From the NCBI GenBank assembly GCA_963702095.1, contig OY969706.1:1120001-1184000 (forward strand): DNA of 64,000 nucleotides, in the 5' to 3' direction. Below are positions 18,729 to 28,595 of the stretch, in pieces. The translations under genes and the position numbers were made by a program. Below the pieces are notes generated by a model. It made no database searches. It was given only the letters and a program-made list of their open reading frames with translations, and had not been told where the DNA came from. The stretch is from Candidatus Bathyarchaeota archaeon. Its GTDB lineage: Archaea > Thermoproteota > Bathyarchaeia > Bathyarchaeales > Bathycorpusculaceae. Numbering within the stretch: position 1 is the first letter of the stretch; each line of letters opens with the position of its first letter.

Positions 18729-20234
18729 TTATTCAGCTTTTTCTTCACTTTGGGCTTTTCTGGTTCGACGGGTCCTTTTGGGTTTCTGTGGCTCAGCTTC
18801 TTCAACTGGTTGCGCAGGATCCGCTGGAGGTGCTTCCTTGGGTTGTTTGGTTCTCCGTGACCTCTTCTTTTTTTCCGGTGCCGGGGGCTCGGGTTGCTCG
18901 GGTGCAACTTCGGTTTGAGGTAATGCTAAATCCATTTCTGCGGGTTCTTGAGCGGCAGTGGCTGGTGTTTCGGTCACGATTTCTGGTGATGCCTCTGTAG
19001 GCGATATTGGCTCCTCGACTGGCACTTCAATGTTCTGCAATTCAACGGTTTCGGCTGGCTGCTCAACCGCTTGAGTCTCCTCTATTGCAGGTGATTCAGG
19101 AGGCTTGACTTCTTCTTCAACTTTGAAGGGCAACTGCCAATCCTGTGTCATAAAGCCCCTCTCAACCGCTTGCCTCTTCAACCCTTCTACTTTCTTCTCC
19201 AGCCCAGCAAACATCTGTTCTGTGTCAAAGCCGCCGATGAACAGGACTGCGTCGATGCGGTCGGTTAAGTCTGTGGTGTAGATGGGTTCGGTTATGTGGA
19301 TGGATTGGAGGCTGGTTTTCTCTTTGAACCAGTTTGTGATTTCCAACTCGATTTTTGCTCTGGGAATCTTTTCCCGCAGCCCCTCAGGCATACGTAATAG
19401 CACGTAGAGCAATGAGGAACCTGAAACATCAAAATCCAAAAGAGGCTTAAGCAACGCGGTGTCGAGCATGTTCTCAAGTGAGCCGTAAACCCGGTAACTC
19501 GCCGCGGTAACCGCTAAGCAACTGAAAAATTTAACATTAAACGTCCTGGATAACTCGGCGATTTCCTGCACCAGCAACTCTTTAGACAAAAACAGGTTCA
19601 GCAAGTAATTGACCACATTGTTGCCCCTGATTTGTTGGCCTGCGCGGTCTACGCCATCAAAGCCTTCAAGTTGGTCTCTGCCCAGTAGCACAACCGTGGA
19701 GCCCTCTGTTGAGAGGCACATCTGGATTGTGGCGTATGCGTTGAAGTGGGCGTCGTTTGGCTGGATTTTTGAGGGTAAAATCGCCAGTGAAAGCGAGTCG
19801 ATGCTGTGCCGTCGGAACTTATCGATGAGGCTTGGCAGGGCGGCGCTGCCCACTCCATCCCACACTGAAGTGAAAATGATGGCGCTGTGGAGTTCTTGGG
19901 TGTGTTTCTTTTTGAGGCTATCCATAATTGCGGTGCTTCTAATCATCGTTGGCAAGACATCGTACCAGAAGTGGGTGTCGATGTCTTTGTCTTCGAAGCC
20001 CCAAACGAAGTGGGGGTTGTAGCCTCTGGGTATCCACTGGTAGATGTCATCGCTTGATTTTTCGATGAAAATCGGCAGTATGCCCACTTTGTTTACGCCT
20101 GGTTCTTTTATGAATGTTTTAATGGGGTATTCGCCTATGCAGACCATCGCTTGCTTAGGCAGCAAGGGTTTTAAGGCTTCTATATGTTTTTCAACGCTTG
20201 CTAGGATGTTAAAACTTGCTTTGCCATCCTTCAT
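18729..20234 (-). CDS. Divergent tubulin/FtsZ/CetZ-fold protein with degenerate GTP motifs and disordered tail
   Basis: SAIIFTSVWDGVGSA (T4-like), LAILPS...FNAYAT, TVVLLGRDQL, ALLKPLLDFDVSGS, RIDAVLFIGG; E/P-rich linker and basic tail. Confidence 0.7.
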   Translation of the reverse strand: MKDGKASFNILASVEKHIEALKPLLPKQAMVCIGEYPIKTFIKEPGVNKVGILPIFIEKSSDDIYQWIPRGYNPHFVWGFEDKDIDTHFWYDVLPTMIRSTAIMDSLKKKHTQELHSAIIFTSVWDGVGSAALPSLIDKFRRHSIDSLSLAILPSKIQPNDAHFNAYATIQMCLSTEGSTVVLLGRDQLEGFDGVDRAGQQIRGNNVVNYLLNLFLSKELLVQEIAELSRTFNVKFFSCLAVTAASYRVYGSLENMLDTALLKPLLDFDVSGSSLLYVLLRMPEGLREKIPRAKIELEITNWFKEKTSLQSIHITEPIYTTDLTDRIDAVLFIGGFDTEQMFAGLEKKVEGLKRQAVERGFMTQDWQLPFKVEEEVKPPESPAIEETQAVEQPAETVELQNIEVPVEEPISPTEASPEIVTETPATAAQEPAEMDLALPQTEVAPEQPEPPAPEKKKRSRRTKQPKEAPPADPAQPVEEAEPQKPKRTRRTRKAQSEEKAE

Positions 20235-20296
20235 CCGAGGTACCTACGATACCTTTAAGAGGCGTTTAACTACAAATAAGGTTTTAGGTAGATTGC

Positions 20297-22702
20297 TTGA
20301 AGAAGCCCTCCCTACACCTTTCAGGCTTAAGCACTTGGAATAAAGATCGCAAGCAGAAAAAGAAGGAAAAAGAAGAAAGGGAACGCCAACTTGAAACTCC
20401 CATGATAAAAATCTTCACCTTCGCGATCACAGCGGTCACGATGGCGCTTGCCATGTCAATTCTGCCCCTGTTTCCTCAGCCTCTGCCTATTTTCCTCGCT
20501 ATTTTGGTTGCGTTTGCAACCTACATTAAACCCCGCTTAGGCATGCCTGTGGGCGGCTTAATCGTAGGCTTAGGCTTACTGTTTCATTTATCCCAATTGT
20601 ACTTCATATCTTTCCTAGGCGACACCCTCGCCCGGGTGGTGTTTATCGTCGTTTGGATGACGCTGTTTGTAGCTATGCCCCTATTGTTTAACCGTTACAG
20701 AAGCGCCTTAGCCATCGACTTTGGCATTTTAGCGTTTGCAGCGCTTTGTTATCAACCCCTTTTCTTCTTGGCAATACCCTTGATTTTGGCGTCGGCGGTG
20801 TACTTCAAAAAGTATGTTGGGTTAACCGTTGTCTATTATGTTCTGCTGTCTGTACCCCTACAGCTTGTCCAGTACTATCAGGAAACAGTTTTGAAAATTG
20901 TTCAATCTGACTGGTGGACTGTGCCCGGTTCAGCTCCACCGTTATTTGTTTCTCTTAACTCGATTTCCGCCAACCTCACCTCGTCGATGAGTCAGTTCCG
21001 ACTTTATGACACTTCAAAAGTGATTTATGACATCGCTGGCCAAACCACTTGGGTTCCCGATTGGGGAGGACGCACCATCAAAGATGCCCTCTCACAATAC
21101 CTTGACTCTCTACCCGGCATACTCATGTTCGTCGTCATCGTCGTTGGCTTAGCGCTTCTGATGATTTTCTTCACTCAGACAATGGTTAAATCCGGTTTAA
21201 TCGGGGCTGGCGACAGGTTTTTCCCCTGCTTCACCGCCACCATCGCAGCCGCACTCTTCTTTGTGTTGCTAAACGCTTTCCAGACCCCCTTGGCTTTCAC
21301 CGCAGACGTAAGCGCCACAACCATGGTGCTGGGCATTTTCAGTACCTTACTGCTTACCCTGCCCGTAATGTTTATGGATTACGCGCCTAAACAACGCGCA
21401 ACCAACCAAGAAATCATAGAAAAAGCCCAAGAACTCCTCGACAAAGTCACCGCTTTCGATGGGCAACTTGCCAACGTGAAAGAGAATATTCCAGTGAATG
21501 TGACTTCGCCGCAGGGAAAAACGCTTGTTCTCCTAGACGCCATCCAAGAAATAAAGAAGCGAGCGGCGGCTCACGAGTTTGTCCAGAATGAATTAGACGA
21601 AAAAATCGTCGAGTTAGACACGCTGGGCAAGGACTACGAAGCCATAGAAGCTGAACTCAACTCTATCCTCTACGAATACCAGGTTTTCTCTAACTGTGAA
21701 TTCGCCAACTGGGTTGGCAAACTCAAAATTGCAGGCTTAAACATCCAAGCCACTGTCCCGGTAGACTACCAAAAAGAAATGACTATAGACGAGCGCATTG
21801 AAGCCATAAAACAAGTCGTGGAAGCCGGGCGCTCAGTGGTCCGCGAAGTTTCAGCGATTGCAGAACCCATCTACGACATCATCCGCCCCCTCTACGACCC
21901 CTCGCTGCCCGAAAAGAGTAAAGCAGTGGAATTCGCCGCTGAAAAACTCGCAAAAAACGAAGCCCCATGGATAGCCATCGAAGCCTTCTACAATGCCCTC
22001 AACAATTGGGCACGTCAATACGGCAAAGACATCCAAGACACCATGGTTTACCTGCAGCGGTCCCTAAAACCCATCGCCTACCTAAACAGCAAAGCAGACC
22101 TTTTACCCGGGGCCTTCGGCGATAACACCGCCAAAGTATTGGATTACGCAAAGAAAGCCGACGGACTAAAGCTCCTTGCAGAGAAACGCTCAGAAAAAGA
22201 GAAGCTTGAAATCCTCGACGTAGTCAACCTAAAAGAAGACGTGTTAGGATTCATTGAAATGTCAAATGATGTACTCTCTATGCTCTACGCCAACTTGGTT
22301 AACGACGAAGACACAATCGAGCACTTGTTGCCCACTAAAGATTTCATGTGGGAGAAAAACGCCTCCTTACGCGACCGACTAGGACAAGCCAAAGACATGC
22401 TCTCCAACCCCCAGAGCTACCGCATCAACCAAATCATGGAGAGCCTGCCCAAATATCTCGGGTACGTAGACGAAGCCGTGTTGACACTGGCAGCTTATGA
22501 CGAACGCAAAGAATTCCTGCTCAACTACCCATTGGCAGAAGCAGCCATAACTGAACAGCTGAAAACCAAAGAGAAGCTGTTGCCTTCAGATTTGCCTTTC
22601 CGACCCCAATTCGCCGCAGAATACCTAAGACTCTACTATTCACAGAGATACGGCGAATACGCCTTTGACAAAGAAAACTTTGTGCTAACTAGAAGAGAAT
22701 AA
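20297..22702 (+). CDS. Polytopic membrane protein with long cytoplasmic helical domain
   Basis: About 9-10 hydrophobic segments in the first ~360 aa, then ~440 aa of helical/coiled-coil-like sequence. Confidence 0.85.
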   Translation: MKKPSLHLSGLSTWNKDRKQKKKEKEERERQLETPMIKIFTFAITAVTMALAMSILPLFPQPLPIFLAILVAFATYIKPRLGMPVGGLIVGLGLLFHLSQLYFISFLGDTLARVVFIVVWMTLFVAMPLLFNRYRSALAIDFGILAFAALCYQPLFFLAIPLILASAVYFKKYVGLTVVYYVLLSVPLQLVQYYQETVLKIVQSDWWTVPGSAPPLFVSLNSISANLTSSMSQFRLYDTSKVIYDIAGQTTWVPDWGGRTIKDALSQYLDSLPGILMFVVIVVGLALLMIFFTQTMVKSGLIGAGDRFFPCFTATIAAALFFVLLNAFQTPLAFTADVSATTMVLGIFSTLLLTLPVMFMDYAPKQRATNQEIIEKAQELLDKVTAFDGQLANVKENIPVNVTSPQGKTLVLLDAIQEIKKRAAAHEFVQNELDEKIVELDTLGKDYEAIEAELNSILYEYQVFSNCEFANWVGKLKIAGLNIQATVPVDYQKEMTIDERIEAIKQVVEAGRSVVREVSAIAEPIYDIIRPLYDPSLPEKSKAVEFAAEKLAKNEAPWIAIEAFYNALNNWARQYGKDIQDTMVYLQRSLKPIAYLNSKADLLPGAFGDNTAKVLDYAKKADGLKLLAEKRSEKEKLEILDVVNLKEDVLGFIEMSNDVLSMLYANLVNDEDTIEHLLPTKDFMWEKNASLRDRLGQAKDMLSNPQSYRINQIMESLPKYLGYVDEAVLTLAAYDERKEFLLNYPLAEAAITEQLKTKEKLLPSDLPFRPQFAAEYLRLYYSQRYGEYAFDKENFVLTRRE

Positions 22703-22724
22703 GTTAGCCGCTGCTTTTCCAACT

Positions 22725-22814
22725 GTTTTTTCTGTGTCTTCGTATGATGGCGAAGGTGAGTAAAGAAATCATTAAAGGTACAATCGCAAGCCAAGACAGT
22801 TCTGGAGCGGTTGG
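22725..22814 (-). pseudogene. Orphan C-terminal anchor fragment of a surface-protein gene
   Basis: PTAPELSWLAIVPLMISLLTFAIIRRHRK vs PTAPELSWLAVVPLLFSVLLIAVIVRYQK of 4173..4916. Confidence 0.7.
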
Positions 22815-22912
22815 CCGAAACAGCCAAAGGAAAACGTTGCAACCGCAAAACGCAACGCCATCCGCTTGCATTCTTGTGGCATCCCTTAAACCGTTACACC
22901 CACACAAAGAGA
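22815..22912 (+). repeat. Repeat family B (98 bp), copy 1
   Basis: Ungapped alignment to 62629..62726: CCGAAACAG, CGTTGCAACC, TCTTGTGG, TAAAC, AAAGAGA. Confidence 0.65.
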
Positions 22913-22990
22913 CAAAACATGTTTGCCTTCAAACGGGTGATGCAGAGGTGGCAGAGTAACAGACTTATGGATTGTGCGCCGTAATATGGC

Positions 22991-23356
22991 GTGGTGTGTG
23001 CTGGTTTGGGTCATAAGCATGAATTAAAGAAAACCCATGTTTGCTTCGTGGAGTACGACGATGTCGATTTTGACCGTTTGGGTGACGCCCGTTATTTTGG
23101 GGAAGGCAACTCGGAAAACCGTAAACTCGAATTTGTCTTCGAGTACTGTTTGGGCTGCGATTTACGGTTGCTAAACGGCGAACCCGCATTGACCCGAGAC
23201 ATCTTAGAGACTGAATTCGAAAGGTACGTTAAAAACGCGAAAAAAGGCAACTGTAAAGCCGAAGAAGAAGTGACCCTGCAGCACAGCGATTTCGAAGTTC
23301 TCCAACGCTTAATTGGGATGGCTCTGGAGCTGGGCAAACATAAAAGCACCGTTTAA
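22991..23356 (+). CDS. Hypothetical protein
   Basis: 121 aa ORF, no motif recognised. Confidence 0.45.
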   Translation: MVCAGLGHKHELKKTHVCFVEYDDVDFDRLGDARYFGEGNSENRKLEFVFEYCLGCDLRLLNGEPALTRDILETEFERYVKNAKKGNCKAEEEVTLQHSDFEVLQRLIGMALELGKHKSTV

Positions 23357-23540
23357 ACGCTGATTTTCTTCTGGATCTCCTCTTGCTGCTCGGGACTAAA
23401 AACTTCTTCTTTGCAACTTGGGCACCTAAGCGCCTTCACACCTTGCATCAACACGCCGTCGATTTCGCAGTCAAACTGCACCTCAACATATTCCACACAG
23501 CAGACCGGGCAAAGAAGCGCACCCGCCTTGGAGTCTGGTT
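23353..23540 (-). CDS. YgiT-type zinc finger protein (start uncertain)
   Basis: CPVC...GVKALRCPSCKEEVFSPEQ. Confidence 0.6.
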
Positions 23541-24013
23541 TACTCGGTGAATTTTCGGCGAACTTCTTGCGCCCACGCCTCAACTTTGGCTGGGTCCGTG
23601 TTGTCCAGCATGGTTTTTCCGAAGTACCGTATGCGTCCCCCAAACGCTTCTGAACCCACGAAGTTAACCTGAGGGAACTTTGCGAGGGTTTTGGTGACGA
23701 ATCGGGTTTTGGCGTTTTCGTAGCTGCCCGGTGTGCCGCCCCAAGACGAAGAGGTGAAGAATGCCACGCGTTTTCCGCCAAGATCGCTTTTGAAGAGTTT
23801 TAATGCGCCGCCGTAGATTCTGCCGCCCCTAACTCCCGCGCCCACAAGCACATTGCGGTACTGCCCCAGATCGCATACATCCTGTTTTTTGAGGTTAACC
23901 AAATCAACCTCCAACCCATACTTTGACTGCAGTGTTTTCGCCAAGATTTCCGCGGCTTCTTTGGAGGCGCCCTGCTTGGATTCATAAGCAACTAACGTTT
24001 TATTCTCAGCCAT
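23540..24013 (-). CDS. Flavodoxin-domain protein (HemG-like)
   Basis: TLVAYESKQGASKEAAE, VLVGAGV, EAFGGR. Confidence 0.85.
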   Translation of the reverse strand: MAENKTLVAYESKQGASKEAAEILAKTLQSKYGLEVDLVNLKKQDVCDLGQYRNVLVGAGVRGGRIYGGALKLFKSDLGGKRVAFFTSSSWGGTPGSYENAKTRFVTKTLAKFPQVNFVGSEAFGGRIRYFGKTMLDNTDPAKVEAWAQEVRRKFTE

Positions 24014-24055
24014 TCCCAGTTCCCTTCCCCTATCATTAGCGCTCAAGGTTATAAA

Positions 24056-24529
24056 TTACTGGGTAAATTTCTTTCCAAGTTCTTCAGCCCACGCTTCCAC
24101 ACGGCTTAAATCCGTGGTGTCAGTGACTGTTTTGCCCAGCATCTTGAAGCGTCCGCCGAATGCTTCTGTGGCTACGGGCTGTATTTTCGGGTAGTTGGCA
24201 AGTGTGTTTTCGACGAATTTGGCTTTGGCGGATGCATATTTTTCTGGGGTGCCTGCTTCGCCTGAGGATACAAAAAACGCGACCCGTTTGCCCGACAAGT
24301 CCAGTTCGAGGCATTTGAGGGCTTTACTGTAGACTTTGCCTGCTCTCACGCCGCCGCCCACAACAACGTTGCGGTAACGGTTGCAATCAGAGATTCTCTG
24401 CTTGCCCAAATCGACGATGTCAACCTCCAACTGATACTTCGAACGCAGAACATCCGCAATTTTCCTTGCCGCTTCTTCGGTGGCGCCGCTTTTAGATTCG
24501 TAAGCGATAAGGGTTCTGTTCTGGCTCAT
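24056..24529 (-). CDS. Flavodoxin-domain protein, tandem paralog
   Basis: TLIAYESKSGATEEAA; colinear with the neighbouring gene. Confidence 0.85.
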   Translation of the reverse strand: MSQNRTLIAYESKSGATEEAARKIADVLRSKYQLEVDIVDLGKQRISDCNRYRNVVVGGGVRAGKVYSKALKCLELDLSGKRVAFFVSSGEAGTPEKYASAKAKFVENTLANYPKIQPVATEAFGGRFKMLGKTVTDTTDLSRVEAWAEELGKKFTQ

Positions 24530-24898
24530 CTATGTACTCCCCGAACCCGACTCGATCCCAACGTGTTTGCCGCAGCTGTAGCAGAAAACCGCGCCTGTGA
24601 CGTTTTTGGCTCCGCAGTTTTGGCAGACGACTGTGCCTTCCTGGCTGGCTTGGCTGGTTTGCGCCGTGTTTTTCTGTTGGATGTTCTCGCTTGCTTTTTT
24701 GAGGGCAGCGTGGGTTTCGTGGGCTGCTATGGTGAAGGCGCGTTCTAACTCTGTTCCGACGCGGTAGAAGGCGTCTTGGAACTCATCTGAGGGATAAGCG
24801 ACTTTAGCGGTTTTTCCAGCTGGGGTCTTGGTGCCGCATTTGGGGCAGAAATTGGCGTCTTCGGCGATCTGTGCGCCGCAATGTGAACAAAAAACCAT
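24530..24898 (-). CDS. Double zinc-ribbon protein
   Basis: FCSHCG..NFCPKCG and CQNCG..FCYSCG. Confidence 0.85.
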   Translation of the reverse strand: MVFCSHCGAQIAEDANFCPKCGTKTPAGKTAKVAYPSDEFQDAFYRVGTELERAFTIAAHETHAALKKASENIQQKNTAQTSQASQEGTVVCQNCGAKNVTGAVFCYSCGKHVGIESGSGST

Positions 24899-25346
24899 AT
24901 TTTATCACTGCTAGGTATGCATGCTGCATCAGAATTTAAGCTTTACAGCACAGCTGCTTTGTTGCTCTGCCTCAATTCTCAGGCGCTGAATGCGTAAAAC
25001 GCATGTTTCCACCGCCCTAGACCCCTCCCCTATAGGTTTCTGCATACATCTAATATTTGGATCCTGATATGTTGGTGGAAAACGCACACAGACTCCGTTT
25101 TCCGTGGCAACCGACATGTGCCCAGTGCGTTTATTCCACTGCAGTTCGGGCTTCTAGCATGACCCATTCAACGGGGCTTAGTCATCTCTTACATCCAAAC
25201 AACCCGCCCAACCGCCGCCTATAAGCAATTTTGCGCCACAAAAAGTAGATTTGAACCGGCAAATCTGCACCTCCACTTGGCGCGTGCACTTTCATTTGTT
25301 GACAGCTGGGCAGAAAATTCTTAAGTAAGACCGGCGTAAGTTTAAC

Positions 25347-25577
25347 TTGGTCGAGTTGTTCCGAGTACGAGTTAAACATAAAGGCCAAGTAACCATACCC
25401 CAAGAACTCCGCACACAAATGGGCATAGAAGAAGGAGCAATCCTAGAAATCACCAAAGAAGACGACAAACTCGTACTCAAACCGCTACCACCCTTAGAAC
25501 CCCGCGAACCCGTTGGCGAAGAAGAACAAAAAAAACTCTTAGACGAACTTGACGCATTAAGGCGACGATGGCGTTGA
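25347..25577 (+). CDS. AbrB/MazE family antitoxin
   Basis: KGQVTIPQELRTQMGIEEG. Confidence 0.9.
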   Translation: MVELFRVRVKHKGQVTIPQELRTQMGIEEGAILEITKEDDKLVLKPLPPLEPREPVGEEEQKKLLDELDALRRRWR

Positions 25578-25972
25578 CAAGCATAACAGACACCCGAATG
25601 CTAATCCACTTGGAATTCCCAGCCAACCAAGAGGAAAGCGCAAAAACCAGCGAATTTTTTGAGCGAGAACTCCGAGGACACCTCCTAGCGCCAACAATAG
25701 TTCTAACCGAATTCGTGGAAGTGGCAGGCAAAAAAATAGGAAAAGATGCAGCAAAAAATCGCCTAAGAATACTGAAAGAAAAAGGAATGCAAATCATAGA
25801 CCTAGACGAAAACCACGCGCTAAACGCCGGAGAAATGCTTCTCGCCCACACAAAAGTACCTATCACAGACGCATTAATCGCTTCATACGTAAAATGCGGA
25901 GAAGCCCAATACGTACTAACCGACGATCCCCACTACCAAACCCTAAACACAAAAACAAAATGGCTACCCTAA
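25568..25972 (+). CDS. PIN-domain (VapC) toxin
   Basis: ITDT, VLTE, DALIA, LTDDPHY; overlaps antitoxin. Confidence 0.9.
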   Translation: MALTSITDTRMLIHLEFPANQEESAKTSEFFERELRGHLLAPTIVLTEFVEVAGKKIGKDAAKNRLRILKEKGMQIIDLDENHALNAGEMLLAHTKVPITDALIASYVKCGEAQYVLTDDPHYQTLNTKTKWLP

Positions 25973-26120
25973 ACCACATCACCGTCAACTGCATCCCGCA
26001 CTGAAAACTATCCATAAGCCAACCGTGTATCGATACAGGCTTCCCCGCAGTGATCTTTTAAAAGATGAACTTATGTTATGGGCAAATTTTTAAGTACTAC
26101 GTTGGTACTACTGAGAATAT

Positions 26121-26420
26121 GTGAATGCCATGCAAGACGAAGTAAAAATCACAAGAAAATACCAAGTCACCATACCTGAGAGCGTTCGCTCAGAACTAGG
26201 CGTTAAAATCGGCGACAAACTCATAGTGAAATCAGAAAACAAACGCATAATCATGGAATCCCCCAAACGCATCAAAAACCCCTCAGATACACTCTATTGT
26301 CTCTTCGGCAGACCCCTAGAACTTGACGCCGTCAAACTTGTGGAACAATCATGGGAAACCACCTCCGTTTCAGTAGAGCCAAAGAAACCGCACAGTAAAC
26401 AAAAGGAAGACAGATCTTGA
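26121..26420 (+). CDS. AbrB/MazE family antitoxin
   Basis: ITRKYQVTIPESVRSELGVKIGD. Confidence 0.9.
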   Translation: MNAMQDEVKITRKYQVTIPESVRSELGVKIGDKLIVKSENKRIIMESPKRIKNPSDTLYCLFGRPLELDAVKLVEQSWETTSVSVEPKKPHSKQKEDRS

Positions 26421-26833
26421 GCTACTACGTCGACACCAACATTTTCATCTATTCTGCCCTAGCGCACCCCACCTACGGGGAAGCGTGCAAACAGATAATC
26501 GATGATATCCAAAATCTCAGCATCAAAGCTTTCTGCGGTTTTTTGGTTCCCATAGAGCTTCTTGGCGCATTAGCACGAATAGACCCCAAAAAGGCAGCAG
26601 TTGCCTTGGAAGCCTTTTTCTCATTACCCATAAACATGATACCGATAGACGAAAGAATTCTCCAAAATGCTGCTAAACTGACGCTTGAGTCAGGAGTGAG
26701 TTATGACTGTGTGCACGCTGCATGTATGCATAACAAGGGTTTGGACACAATAATAACTGAAGATGCAACGGATTGGAATAAAATAAAAAAATTCAAAATC
26801 ATCCGACCTCTTGAATACAAAAAACACAGTTAA
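26417..26833 (+). CDS. PIN-domain (VapC) toxin
   Basis: YVDTNIFIY, YDCVHAA, IITED. Confidence 0.9.
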   Translation: MSYYVDTNIFIYSALAHPTYGEACKQIIDDIQNLSIKAFCGFLVPIELLGALARIDPKKAAVALEAFFSLPINMIPIDERILQNAAKLTLESGVSYDCVHAACMHNKGLDTIITEDATDWNKIKKFKIIRPLEYKKHS

Positions 26834-27159
26834 ACCCTAAAAACTGCAGGGGCATTTGCTAAATTTGAACCTGCGGCCTTCCTGAGCACAAATGACCCGA
26901 CCGACGGCCCACGCTACAAAACCCTAAACACCAATACACTGGGTATTCTAAGAACAACATACCCTCCAATCGCCTCTTCGCTCCATTAAACAATCTTCAG
27001 AGAATCAAAAAACTGTTTAATTCACTCATTTTAGCCGCAGGCGAGTATTTGTCTATTTAGCACTTAAAGTCAAGCAGTGATTTTGCTTAGTTCTCTTCTG
27101 TCCACTACCTGTTGACCCTTTATGTTGTAACTTCTAATTTTACCACTTATCTGTCTTCT

Positions 27160-28524
27160 TCAATCAACCAGTTTTTTGCGTGCGTCCTCGATGAGTTTTA
27201 CTGTTTGGGTGCGCCATGGTTCGAAGCCTTCTGGTGTGGTTGGGTAGGTGTTGTAGTGTGCGCTAAGGCCCCTCATCATGACTACTGTTGCGCGTAGTTT
27301 GGTGAGGAAGCCGACTCTGCGTATGCCGCGGAAGACTCGTTTGGCGGTTTCGGTGATGTTGAGGTGGAAGTCGTCGCCCATGCCTGCTTTTAAGACGTCG
27401 TCTTCGGTCATGAGTTTTTCGTTCATGCCGTAGTTGAGGTCGTCGTCGCTGCATGAGAGGAGGAACATTTTGAAGATGTCAAGGGTGCCCTGTTTTTTGC
27501 CGTAGGTTTCGATGTAGCGTTTGTTGTAGCCCCACAGTGCCTCTTTGGTGGCTGCGCCTTTTTCGAGGGCTTCCACAATCTGCTGCCCTGCGAAGTAGCC
27601 GCTAAGCATTGAGGGTCCTATGCCGCCGCCGTGGATCGGGTTCACAAGTGAAGCCGCGTCGCCGACGAGGACGACCCCGTTGCCGACCATGTTGTCTAAG
27701 GGTCTGCGGACAGGGTCAAACCATGCGCCGCCAGTCAAAACCAGCGAGCCGTCGAACATTGGCTTCTTGAACGCGGTGCTGTATAGCTGTTCTTTGGGGT
27801 TGGGGTAGCCGGACTTGCGCATGCAGGCGCCTATGCCGACGTTGACGCGTGCGCCGCCTTTGGGAAAAATCCAGATGTAGCCGCCTGGGCTGGCTTTTTG
27901 GTTGAGGTAGATTTCGCAGAACCGTGTGTTCTCGGTTTCCTGTTTTAGTTGGCGGATTTCTCGGTAGCAGGCTTCGACGTCGGCGTTGTCTATGTCGCGG
28001 TCGATGCCCATTTCCGCTGGGAGTTGCTTGCGGACCATGCCGAAGTAGCCGGTGGCATCCACCACCACTTTGCTGCGTAACTCGCTTATTTTGCCCGACT
28101 TCATGTTCTTCGCCGAGATGCCTACTACTGCACCTTTCTCGATGATGGGGCCGCGTAAGTTGGTGCTGTCCTGCAAGGTTGCGCCTGCGTCGGTGGCTTT
28201 GTTGAGCAGCCATTGTCCAAAAAGCCGTCGGTTTAAGATGTGACCGACGAAGTCTTTGTCTGCGATGGTGAAGACGGTGTTTTCGTCTGGGCTGTAAATT
28301 TTTATGCCGTCGATTTTTGCTTCTAACTCGCCGCCCTGGGGTTTCTCAAGCCCCAAAAATTTGAGGTGGTGCTCGCCTAAGGCGTCGCCGCAGATTTTTT
28401 CGCCGATTTCTTGGCGGGGTTTCTTTTCTACTAGGCATACTTTTAATCCTTTTTGGGCGATGGTTTTCGCGGCTAAGCAGCCTGCTGTGCCTGCGCCGAC
28501 GACTATGGCGTCATATTTTTCCAT
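27160..28524 (-). CDS. Digeranylgeranylglycerophospholipid reductase (geranylgeranyl reductase family)
   Basis: VVGAGTAG, KICGDA, YIWIFPKG, LVGDAA..VNPIHGGGI. Confidence 0.9.
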   Translation of the reverse strand: MEKYDAIVVGAGTAGCLAAKTIAQKGLKVCLVEKKPRQEIGEKICGDALGEHHLKFLGLEKPQGGELEAKIDGIKIYSPDENTVFTIADKDFVGHILNRRLFGQWLLNKATDAGATLQDSTNLRGPIIEKGAVVGISAKNMKSGKISELRSKVVVDATGYFGMVRKQLPAEMGIDRDIDNADVEACYREIRQLKQETENTRFCEIYLNQKASPGGYIWIFPKGGARVNVGIGACMRKSGYPNPKEQLYSTAFKKPMFDGSLVLTGGAWFDPVRRPLDNMVGNGVVLVGDAASLVNPIHGGGIGPSMLSGYFAGQQIVEALEKGAATKEALWGYNKRYIETYGKKQGTLDIFKMFLLSCSDDDLNYGMNEKLMTEDDVLKAGMGDDFHLNITETAKRVFRGIRRVGFLTKLRATVVMMRGLSAHYNTYPTTPEGFEPWRTQTVKLIEDARKKLVD

Positions 28525-28595
28525 GGTTAGTCTCTCTCCCTGTTAACTTTACTTTGTATACCTTGTTGTATAAGTAAACGCTTATAAAGTGTGAA

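Noticed and set aside
26863-26886. tRNA T-arm-like GGCCGCAGGTTCAAAT on the minus strand (similar GATTTGAACC near 25248)
   Set aside because: No cloverleaf can be formed; too short to call a tRNA or att site.
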